A stretch of DNA of 64,000 nucleotides from an uncultured Methanosarcinales archaeon (GTDB lineage: Archaea; Nanobdellota; Nanobdellia; Woesearchaeales; ARS49): the NCBI GenBank assembly GCA_964637115.1, contig CAZWVL010000004.1:9879-73878 (forward strand), written 5' to 3'. Shown piece by piece: positions 16,609 to 24,765 of the stretch. The notes below the pieces were generated by a model. It was given only the letters and a program-made list of their open reading frames with translations, was not told the origin of the DNA and ran no database searches. The translations under genes were made by a program, and so were the position numbers. Numbering within the stretch: position 1 is the stretch's first letter; each line of letters opens with the position of its first letter.

Positions 16609-16674
16609 TATGAAAAAAGAATATATTTCCGATAAGTTGTCACTTGTAGAGTAAGACAAGATTTGGGTGGTAAA

Positions 16675-17094
16675 ATGAACAAAAGAAACGATAACGGTCA
16701 TGTCAAATATTCACCGGATGCTTCATTAGTTAACAAGCTCAAGGTTGGAGATCATTATACTGAGATTTGGCAAGGTTTGCCCGATCACCCATTCGAGCCT
16801 TCTGCAACAACAGGTGGCAAGTCAGGCTTAAAGTATGAAACAAATGATAAATACGTCTGGGTTACGCCAAATACTGCTCGTGCACTGGAACAAAATCCGG
16901 ATGAAATTCTGTATGCCAGTATTAAGAAATCTAAAGACAAAGAGTATTGCGCCAGATGGGTAGAATCCATCAGCGGAACTTCCTTTGGAAATACTCTTGA
17001 AAGTGCTATTTCTCGAGCTCAAGAACTGAATATCGAAGAGTTACATAACAGAATCGAGAAGGATCGAAGAAAGAAATTGGAGGCCAAAAAATGA
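16675..17094 (+). CDS. hypothetical protein (~139 aa) leading the plus-strand SBP operon
   Basis: ORF whose stop overlaps the ATG of the following SBP gene (ATGA). The tool start is TTG at 16663. Confidence 0.4.
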   Translation: MNKRNDNGHVKYSPDASLVNKLKVGDHYTEIWQGLPDHPFEPSATTGGKSGLKYETNDKYVWVTPNTARALEQNPDEILYASIKKSKDKEYCARWVESISGTSFGNTLESAISRAQELNIEELHNRIEKDRRKKLEAKK

Positions 17095-18176
17095 AAACAG
17101 CAATAATTGCAATTCTAGTGCTGTTTCTAGCAGCATGCGTGCAAATAGAAGAAACAAAGCCATTCAAATTAGGTGCACCACTGCCTTTGACTGGCTCAAA
17201 TGCGTTCTATGGCGACTTTACAAAGTATGGTATAGAGCTTGCTGTTGAAGACATTAACAAAGCAGGCGGAATCAATGGTAGAACAGTCCAGGTTATCTAT
17301 GAAGATACTGCTGGAGATAAGACAAAAGCCACAACCGCGGCACAGAAGCTGATTCACATCGATGGTGTGGACGCTCTTATTACCTCCACGACTCCGATGA
17401 GCGGTGCGATTTCTCCGGTTGCTGAAGAGAACCGCATTCCGTTAATTTATGCTTCTGCAACAAATTCATTCACTATAAACAAAACGTATGTTTTCAAAGA
17501 TTATACAGATGCAGCCGGCATCTGTGAGCTTCTGATGAAACAGGTGAAAAAGGATGGGCATGAAAAAGTGGCCGTCTTTGGTACTGATGCTGAATTTACT
17601 CAGCTTTGTAAGAAAGGAGCAGAAAAAGTTGGAAAACTCAACTCATTTGAGGTTTATCCTGGCGGCGAAACTGATTTCAAAACACAGTTTGCCAAGATTA
17701 AGAATGCTGAAAACACTGCTTTGATTCTTTCGGTGTTCGCTGGAGATTGCCCGCATGCGTACAAGCAGATTCGCGAACTTGGGTTGAAGGCAAAATTGTA
17801 CACAGCTTTCCAGAGTTTTGCGTGCGGCAGTGCCGACAACACAAAAGCAAATGCCGACTTGCTTGAGGGCGCATATGGTGCTGATGTTGCTTTAGATGAA
17901 GAAAGCGATGATCCTGATTTTCTCGCTTTTAAGAAGCGCCTTGATGAAAGAGGCTGGACTACGCAAATTCGCGGAAGCGCCATTATGTACGATAGCACAA
18001 TGGAATTCGCAAAAGCCTTCCAGGATTGCCAAGATGCTCTTTGTGTAGCCAATAATCTCAGAGCTCTGCAGATGAATGGAATTTCTGGACACATCAGTTA
18101 TGGTGGAGACCAGATTGTTGAGCGCGAAATAATGTTGGTGAAATACGAAAACGGCAAATGGAGGAAAGTACAATGA
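17091..18176 (+). CDS. ABC transporter substrate-binding lipoprotein, LivK family (paralog 7)
   Basis: MKTAIIAILVLFLAAC lipobox; LGAPLPLTGSNAFYGD; DINKAGGINGRTVQV. It is the closest paralog to 4399..5487. Confidence 0.85.
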   Translation: MKTAIIAILVLFLAACVQIEETKPFKLGAPLPLTGSNAFYGDFTKYGIELAVEDINKAGGINGRTVQVIYEDTAGDKTKATTAAQKLIHIDGVDALITSTTPMSGAISPVAEENRIPLIYASATNSFTINKTYVFKDYTDAAGICELLMKQVKKDGHEKVAVFGTDAEFTQLCKKGAEKVGKLNSFEVYPGGETDFKTQFAKIKNAENTALILSVFAGDCPHAYKQIRELGLKAKLYTAFQSFACGSADNTKANADLLEGAYGADVALDEESDDPDFLAFKKRLDERGWTTQIRGSAIMYDSTMEFAKAFQDCQDALCVANNLRALQMNGISGHISYGGDQIVEREIMLVKYENGKWRKVQ

Positions 18177-19267
18177 AAACGGCAATATTCACAATAATTG
18201 CATTGCTGCTTTTGGCAGCGTGCGCAACGCAAGAATCAGTACAAACAACGCCTATTGCAAAAGAACCGGCAGTTGTCAAGATTGGGGTAACAGTGCCATT
18301 GACTGGTGATGTTGCATTCTTAGGAGAAGCAACGCGAAATTCCCTCGAATTGGCATTAAAAGAAGTGCAGGGAACAAAATACAAGTACGAGCTTGTGTTT
18401 GAAGATGACAAGCTTGATGCAAAACTGGCTTCCACAACTGCAACTAAATTGATTCAAGTTGACAATGTTGATGCAATCATCAGTTTGAGCTCTGGCACGG
18501 GGAATGTAGTTACCCCTCTTGCCGAGCAGAATAAGGTAATTCACTTTGGCATTGCTTCTGATGCAAATGTTGCAAAAGGAATGTTCAATTTCATCCATTG
18601 GACGCCGCCTGATGAGGAAGCTCGTTTATGGGTGCAAAAAGCACAGGAACATGGCTATAATCGCGTCGCAATTATTGTATTGCAGCATCCAGGTGCAATA
18701 GCAGTGGTTGATGCTGCAAAGAAACACGCAAAAGGTACCGACATCGAACTACATGAGGAGTTCTTTAATCCGGGCGAGAAGGATTTCAGAACAGTTCTGG
18801 TCAGGTCCAAGCAATTTAATCCTGATGCTTATATGCTCATGGCGTTCTCTCCTGAACTTGACATATTGCACAAGCAGTTGAAGGAATTAGGCATTAAGGC
18901 ACCTTTGACATCCATCGAGGCATTCGAACTTAGCAATGACCCTTCTCAGTTTGAAGGTCACTGGTATGTCAACGCTGCAGACCCGACAGGCGCATTTGCT
19001 GACAAGTATAAGGCTGCGTACAACAAAGAGCCGGTATTTGGCGGACCAAATGCATACGACATCTTCAAGATGATCGTGAAAGGCTTTGAGGATTCAGGCA
19101 AAGATGCATCTGTAAAACCTTCACCTGAAGAAGTTGCTGCTGCACTTATGCAGATAAAGGACTTCGATGGTGCACTGGGCAAATTGACTGTCGGCGAAGA
19201 TGGTATTGTCTGGAGCCCGGCAGTTGTCAGAACGATTCTGAACGGCAAGCCGGTGACTATCAAATAG
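18173..19267 (+). CDS. ABC transporter substrate-binding lipoprotein, LivK family (paralog 8)
   Basis: MKTAIFTIIALLLLAAC lipobox; IGVTVPLTGDVAFLGE. ATGA overlap with the preceding SBP gene. Confidence 0.85.
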   Translation: MKTAIFTIIALLLLAACATQESVQTTPIAKEPAVVKIGVTVPLTGDVAFLGEATRNSLELALKEVQGTKYKYELVFEDDKLDAKLASTTATKLIQVDNVDAIISLSSGTGNVVTPLAEQNKVIHFGIASDANVAKGMFNFIHWTPPDEEARLWVQKAQEHGYNRVAIIVLQHPGAIAVVDAAKKHAKGTDIELHEEFFNPGEKDFRTVLVRSKQFNPDAYMLMAFSPELDILHKQLKELGIKAPLTSIEAFELSNDPSQFEGHWYVNAADPTGAFADKYKAAYNKEPVFGGPNAYDIFKMIVKGFEDSGKDASVKPSPEEVAAALMQIKDFDGALGKLTVGEDGIVWSPAVVRTILNGKPVTIK

Positions 19268-19292
19268 TTTTTTCTTTTTATGAGGAAGCAAA

Positions 19293-19679
19293 ATGACTGA
19301 CGAACTTTCTTTGGAAGAAGTAATTGCTTTGGGATGTAAAGTAAGACCATGGAGCAAGAACAAAGACGAAGAAGATGAAGATGGCTATGTCGGTTGTTAC
19401 AAAGGAGTTCATATAAGCGTTTCCCGTCATCGATTGTTTATTGGAGAAGACTCTTTTGTATCATACAATCTGAAGATTGAATATAAAGGCACAACAATAG
19501 GAGAATTTTTTTATCAGGCGTTTGACCATTCATCTGCAAGAAATAGAGATGATGTTATGAAGTTCTATAAATTTGCCAAGTCACAAAATGAACAAGAATA
19601 TATCGCAAGGGTATGTGATCGTAACAGAGAAAAGCGATTTGAAGGAACCGTGAACTATGTGCGTGGTTTGTTAAAATAA
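19293..19679 (+). CDS. MTD-leader family protein, copy D (128 aa)
   Basis: MTDELSLEEVIALGCKVRPW. The same N-terminal leader family as 358..1445, with a diverged nucleotide sequence. It lies between the last SBP gene and livH. Confidence 0.5.
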   Translation: MTDELSLEEVIALGCKVRPWSKNKDEEDEDGYVGCYKGVHISVSRHRLFIGEDSFVSYNLKIEYKGTTIGEFFYQAFDHSSARNRDDVMKFYKFAKSQNEQEYIARVCDRNREKRFEGTVNYVRGLLK

Positions 19680-19725
19680 ATAGTTTATAGCAACCTTTAA
19701 AAGTAAAAAAGATGAGTAACTCACC

Positions 19726-20598
19726 ATGGGCATCGCAACGCAGTTAATATTGAACGGTATCATTGCGGGCGCCATATACGCGTTGGTTGCGTCTGGGTTC
19801 TCATTAATCTACTCTGTTACCAAATTTATGCATTTGGCGCACGGTGGAGTGTTGGCGTTAGGCGCCTATCTTATGTACACTTTCGCTGTTGCAAGTGGAT
19901 TGAACTTCTGGTTTGCCATTCTGCTGACATTAATCTGCAGCAGCGTTGCAGGAGAATTGATGAATTGGTTGGTCTACAAGCCTTTGAGAAAACGTAAGGC
20001 TTCTGGTGCAGTATTATTAATAGCAAGCATTGCTGTATTAATATTCGTTAACTCGTTGATTCTCGCCGTCTGGGGTGCTGATGTGAAGACCATTCACACC
20101 AGAAACCCTGTTTTTGACTTTATTGGTGCCAGAATCACTTTTATTCAAGTCACAATCATTATTGTCTCTGTAATTCTTCTTTTATGCTTGTGGTATTTGA
20201 TGAAAAAAACAAAATTGGGCAAGGCAATGCGTGCTGTTGCTGACAACAAGGATGTTGCGCAGACTGTTGGCATTAATCCAGAGAGAATTTACACATATAC
20301 TTTCCTTATTGGCAGTTTTTTGGCTGGTGTTGCCGGAATTCTTATTGGAATCGAACAGAATTTGTTTCCAACAATGGGCCTTTCATTAGTTATTAAGGGA
20401 TTTACTGGTGCAGTTATTGGCTCTTTGGCATCTGTTCCTGGCGCAGTATTGGGCTCATTCATTCTTGGTCTGGTGGAAAACATCGGCATCTGGTGGCTTC
20501 CGTCTGGTTACAAGGATGCAATTGCCTTCGTATTATTGTTCATTTTCCTCTTATTCAGGCCTTCCGGCCTATTGGGCGTTAAAGTGAGGGAGGCTTAA
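19726..20598 (+). CDS. livH: branched-chain amino acid ABC transporter permease (LivH-like)
   Basis: Polytopic membrane protein with LivH/BPD-transport-2 topology. It sits in the operon order permease, permease, ATPase, ATPase. Confidence 0.85.
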   Translation: MGIATQLILNGIIAGAIYALVASGFSLIYSVTKFMHLAHGGVLALGAYLMYTFAVASGLNFWFAILLTLICSSVAGELMNWLVYKPLRKRKASGAVLLIASIAVLIFVNSLILAVWGADVKTIHTRNPVFDFIGARITFIQVTIIIVSVILLLCLWYLMKKTKLGKAMRAVADNKDVAQTVGINPERIYTYTFLIGSFLAGVAGILIGIEQNLFPTMGLSLVIKGFTGAVIGSLASVPGAVLGSFILGLVENIGIWWLPSGYKDAIAFVLLFIFLLFRPSGLLGVKVREA

Positions 20599-21455
20599 TG
20601 GCATTTGTAAATTATCTGATTCATCTTGGAATTTTGGCGGCAATTTATAGTATTCTCACAATTAGTTTGAACTGGGCTGTTGGTTTTACTGGCTTGCTTA
20701 ATCTTGGCCATGTTGGATTTTTTGGTATCGGCGCTTATGTGAGCGCTCTATTAGCTATTAATGGTGTCCCTGTCTGGATTAGTATTATTATTGGCGGTCT
20801 TGCAGGCTTGATTGCTGGTTTCTTGCTTTCCCTGCCTACTTCAAGGTTGAAAGGTGATTATCTTGCTCTGGCAACGCTTGGTTTTTCGTTTATCATGGGA
20901 AGTATTGCAAGAAACTGGACTGATGTTACAAGAGGCGCGTTAGGTATTCCTGGCATTCCTAAGATTGTGAGAGGTAATACAGAGTTTCTCGTCGTTGTTT
21001 TGATTGTTGCAGTTATTACTTATTTCATCTTCTGGAAATTATCGCGTTCAAGATTTGGAAAGACGTGTGAAGCAGTTAGAGATGACGAATTGGCTGCAAG
21101 AATGCTTGGAAAAAATACTTTTATGACGAAAATTATGGCTTTGGGCATTAGTGCGTTTTTTGCCGGCATTGCTGGAGGTTTATTTGCGCATTACATTACT
21201 TTTATCGACCCGTCTATTTTCGGTATTGATGACTTGATTTTACTTTTCAGCATGTTGATTGTGGGCGGTCTTGCCAGTGTGAAAGGCGCTGCTTTCGGCA
21301 CGATTATTATTTTCTTGATTCCTGAGCCTTTGCGCTTTATCGGCTTCCCCAGTTCTGTGCTTGGTCCAATGCGTGCAATTATCTACGCGTTAATCTTGTT
21401 ATTAATCCTTATCTATAAGCCAAGAGGCTTATTTGGGAAGGTGGATTTGGCATGA
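20598..21455 (+). CDS. livM: branched-chain amino acid ABC transporter permease (LivM-like)
   Basis: Second polytopic permease; ATGA-style overlap with the previous gene. Confidence 0.85.
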   Translation: MAFVNYLIHLGILAAIYSILTISLNWAVGFTGLLNLGHVGFFGIGAYVSALLAINGVPVWISIIIGGLAGLIAGFLLSLPTSRLKGDYLALATLGFSFIMGSIARNWTDVTRGALGIPGIPKIVRGNTEFLVVVLIVAVITYFIFWKLSRSRFGKTCEAVRDDELAARMLGKNTFMTKIMALGISAFFAGIAGGLFAHYITFIDPSIFGIDDLILLFSMLIVGGLASVKGAAFGTIIIFLIPEPLRFIGFPSSVLGPMRAIIYALILLLILIYKPRGLFGKVDLA

Positions 21456-22135
21456 TTAGCGTGCAAAAATTGGACAAACATTTTGGTGGAGTTTATGCAG
21501 TTCATAATTGCAGCTTCACAGTTAAAGACAATACAATCACGAGTATTATCGGCCCGAACGGCGCCGGTAAAACAACGTTGTTCAATCTTATCTGTGGCAT
21601 TATCAAGCCGGATGCTGGCAGCATTTTCTTGAAGGGCCAGGAGATTACTGACCTTCCAACATACCGCATTGCTCGTTCTGGTATTAGCAGAACGTTCCAA
21701 CAGGCAAGATTGTTCAAAAATATGTCAGTAAAGGACAATTTGTTGTTAGCAAAGCAGACAACCGATGCAGAATTAAAGGAAATACTAAAAAAAGTGCGTT
21801 TTCCTCTTGATATAAACACAAAAGCAAGCGAACTGAGCTACGGCCAAACGAGATTAGTGGAAATTGCTAGAGCATTACTTAAACCTCACAAATTATTAAT
21901 GCTTGACGAGCCTACTGCTGGCGTGAATCCAAAAGTCCGCCAGGAATTGAAAGAAATTCTTCTAAATCTCAAAAAGGAAGGCAATACTATTGTGCTGATC
22001 GAGCACGATATGGAATTCGTGATGAGTATTAGTGATGATGTTATTGTGATGACAGAAGGTACTGTGTTGACAAGAGGAACGCCTAAACAAGTTCAATCTG
22101 ACAAGCGTGTTTTGGAGGCATATCTAGGCAAATGA
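21452..22135 (+). CDS. livG: ABC transporter ATP-binding protein (LivG-like)
   Basis: Walker A GPNGAGKTT, signature LSYGQTRLVEIARAL, Walker B LLMLDEP. Confidence 0.85.
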   Translation: MISVQKLDKHFGGVYAVHNCSFTVKDNTITSIIGPNGAGKTTLFNLICGIIKPDAGSIFLKGQEITDLPTYRIARSGISRTFQQARLFKNMSVKDNLLLAKQTTDAELKEILKKVRFPLDINTKASELSYGQTRLVEIARALLKPHKLLMLDEPTAGVNPKVRQELKEILLNLKKEGNTIVLIEHDMEFVMSISDDVIVMTEGTVLTRGTPKQVQSDKRVLEAYLGK

Positions 22136-22851
22136 GCTTCCTTACTGTGAAGAATTTGGAATCCGGATATGGAAAATTGCAGATTTTGTTTGGCGTAAAT
22201 ATGGACATTAAGCCGGACGAGATTACGGTCATTATTGGCCCTAATGGTGCAGGTAAGAGCACTGTGCTGAAGAGTATTTTCAAGTTGAATGACATTTACA
22301 GCGGCCAAATAATCTACAAGGGCAAGGATATTACTAACTTGCCAACTTACGAGCGTATTCAGATGGGCATTTCTATTGTGCCACAGGGCAGGCAAGTGTT
22401 TTCAGGTCTTACAATCAAAGAAAATTTGGAAATGGGCGCTTTTATGACAAAAGATAAAGACTTGATTCAGAAGCGCATGGATGAAGTTCTGTCTCATTTC
22501 CCTGCTCTTAAAGAAAAACTGCATCAAAATGCTTATAGTTTGTCCGGCGGCCAGCAACAGATGCTCGCTATTGCAAGAGGATTGATGCAAGACCCTCAAG
22601 TTCTTCTGCTAGACGAACCTTCTTTAGGTCTGGCACCTAAGACTATGAAGGAAATATTCGAAAAAATCCAGGAAATCAACAAAGAAGGCACTGCCATCAT
22701 CATGGTCGAGCAGAATGCCAAGGCAGCGTGTGAGATTGCCGACCATATTTACGTTCTAGAAGAAGGCAGAGTTGCCTTGCACGGTGACAAGAAAATAATG
22801 AAATCAGAAAAAATCAAGCATATTTATCTTGGCGGGCACGGGCATAAATAA
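22132..22851 (+). CDS. livF: ABC transporter ATP-binding protein (LivF-like)
   Basis: Walker A GPNGAGKST, signature LSGGQQQMLAIARGL, Walker B LLLDEPS. Confidence 0.85.
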   Translation: MSFLTVKNLESGYGKLQILFGVNMDIKPDEITVIIGPNGAGKSTVLKSIFKLNDIYSGQIIYKGKDITNLPTYERIQMGISIVPQGRQVFSGLTIKENLEMGAFMTKDKDLIQKRMDEVLSHFPALKEKLHQNAYSLSGGQQQMLAIARGLMQDPQVLLLDEPSLGLAPKTMKEIFEKIQEINKEGTAIIMVEQNAKAACEIADHIYVLEEGRVALHGDKKIMKSEKIKHIYLGGHGHK

Positions 22852-23013
22852 TTACTTTTTCTGGAATGCATTAACTATTATGCCGATTGCCACTACGATT
22901 AGTATCAATGGTATCCACGGAACCTTTACTATAACTACACCAAGCTCGTTCAGCAGCCATACAACGCCAATAACGAGCAATATCACTCCAAATGTTGGAA
23001 ACTTCTTTGCCAT
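22852..23013 (-). CDS. small two-TM membrane protein (53 aa), unannotated
   Basis: Hand-translated from the minus strand: MAKKFPTFGVILLVIGVVWLLNELGVVIVKVPWIPLILIVVAIGIIVNAFQKK. GAGGTGA lies 5 nt upstream of the ATG. It is below the 60-aa track cutoff. The + ORF 22829..23029 is its opposite-strand shadow. Confidence 0.3.
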   Translation of the reverse strand: MAKKFPTFGVILLVIGVVWLLNELGVVIVKVPWIPLILIVVAIGIIVNAFQKK

Positions 23014-23055
23014 ATGTTCACCTCTATGAATAAGAATGTAAAGAGTGTTTAAAAA

Positions 23056-24246
23056 TTATTTGTTCAGCCACTCCAATTCTTCTTCATCCAGCTTTAGTTC
23101 TTCTGTTATCATTTCCGCGCTTGGATGTTTCAATTGGTAGAGTCTGTGTACGTATGGCAGTGTGTCTTGTAATGCTTTTTTCTTTGAACAATGAGTGGCC
23201 GCAGCCAGTTTCTCAGCTACCCTTTTTCGTCGTGCATATTTTTGGTTTGCCATCCAGTGTTTAAGCAATCGTGTCGTTCTTTGGTAAGAGACAAATGCTG
23301 TTGATTTTTTGTCTTTTGCTACTGCAACACCTGCTGTTATGAGAACATCAACGTATGCCAAATATCTCCAGTATTGCCATCTTCGAATTCTGCCTCGGTA
23401 AACATCTGCTTTTGACAATGCTTCATATGCGCGTGCCAAATCTTGTGGATTCTTATATTCTCTTGGCATGTTTTCGTCTATCCATAGGAAACATTCGTCG
23501 ATATCTTCGTCAACCAAATCTAAAGCGCTTACTGCCACTGCAGGGTCTGTTGATTTCAGTATCTTGACTAGTGCTTGCATTATGCTTTCTGAATGCTCGC
23601 GATCGTGCAAAGTTTCAAGTCCATTGACCGTTAGTGCACCCGCTTGTGCGAGCATTTGCATGTCTGTTATTGCTCCTCTTAAGTCTCCGCCGCTTCTGCG
23701 CGCGAGTGTTTTCAAGATTACATCTTCTGAAATTATTTTTTCATTGTCTAGAATTCTCTTGAGTGCCGGCACCATTGCAGTCATCGTAACTGCCGGAAAT
23801 TCTATCATGATGCTTTTCGTGCGTAATGTGTTGAATTTGCTGTCCCAGGGGTCGTTTGCTGTTAAAAATATGGGAAATTTTGATTCTGATATCAATTCTG
23901 CTAGTGCTGAAACTCCTCCTCTGTCTTCGTTGCCTGCAATGCCGTCAATTTCATCTACCAAAACTATTTTTCCTTGCGAAAACAAGCTTTGTTGTTTCAA
24001 AGCATTGCCGATTTTAGAGTTTATCTCGTCAGCATTGCGGTGATCTGATGCATTGACTTCTACTAATTCAAACCCCAGTCGTTTGGCAAGTGCGTGTACT
24101 ACCGTTGTTTTGCCCGTTCCAGTTGGCCCATACAGCATCATTGCTCTTTTCTTTTGTTTAGAGTAATTTGTGGCAAAGTCGTACAACGGCTTAGTATCAT
24201 GCGGTATGTGCTCTAGCTCTGGTTTGTACTTTTGAACCCACAACAT
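23056..24246 (-). CDS. rfcL: replication factor C large subunit
   Basis: MLWVQKYKPE start typical of archaeal RFC. Walker A GPTGTGKTT, the NASDHR motif and a SRC-like box. The tool ORF extends to 24438, probably through a non-ATG start. Confidence 0.8.
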   Translation of the reverse strand: MLWVQKYKPELEHIPHDTKPLYDFATNYSKQKKRAMMLYGPTGTGKTTVVHALAKRLGFELVEVNASDHRNADEINSKIGNALKQQSLFSQGKIVLVDEIDGIAGNEDRGGVSALAELISESKFPIFLTANDPWDSKFNTLRTKSIMIEFPAVTMTAMVPALKRILDNEKIISEDVILKTLARRSGGDLRGAITDMQMLAQAGALTVNGLETLHDREHSESIMQALVKILKSTDPAVAVSALDLVDEDIDECFLWIDENMPREYKNPQDLARAYEALSKADVYRGRIRRWQYWRYLAYVDVLITAGVAVAKDKKSTAFVSYQRTTRLLKHWMANQKYARRKRVAEKLAAATHCSKKKALQDTLPYVHRLYQLKHPSAEMITEELKLDEEELEWLNK

Positions 24247-24324
24247 GGCATTAAATGATTCAAAATCGTATATAATCTTTTGTGTGGCATAATATTTATA
24301 TAGAGATTTGTGTGAAAAACAGGT

Positions 24325-24765
24325 ATGAAAGCTGTTGACGTTGATTTCAAGAAGATTGACATCGTTGACTATTATTCTCAGTTGGACCAGGTGAAGGTCC
24401 GCGTTTTGTTCAGTGATGCTTGCGTTGACGATAGTCAAGGCAAGCTCAGCAACAAAGTTGCCGTTGGCAGGGAGAAGGCATTAATCCGCCAGTTTTCCAT
24501 CACTGACCCTGGAACGCAGGCTTTGGAGATGATTTCTGAAATTAGAACTAAATTGAAAGAGCAGCACAAAGAGCATACACTTGACGATCATCCGTTGGCA
24601 GGCGCATTGATATTGAGGTTCAAGCAGGAAGATGGCTTGGTTCACGAGAGGATGGCAAAGTTTTTGGCACAGACCAGAGAGCGTATTCGTTCTGGCAAAA
24701 TGGCAAAGTTGAGTTATTTGGATTTGGAAAAGAAGGTTGTTGGCTTTAGTTCTTCGTTTAATTAG
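24325..24765 (+). CDS. hypothetical protein (146 aa)
   Basis: ORF convergent with valS (4-nt overlap at the 3' ends). No recognisable motif. Confidence 0.35.
   Translation: MKAVDVDFKKIDIVDYYSQLDQVKVRVLFSDACVDDSQGKLSNKVAVGREKALIRQFSITDPGTQALEMISEIRTKLKEQHKEHTLDDHPLAGALILRFKQEDGLVHERMAKFLAQTRERIRSGKMAKLSYLDLEKKVVGFSSSFN

Noticed and set aside
9931-16663. Tool-assigned starts at 9931, 12911, 15635..16558 and 16663
   Set aside because: These are TTG/GTG codons in the sequence. Paralog alignment and operon overlaps support downstream ATG starts at 9949, 12932, 16537 and 16675.
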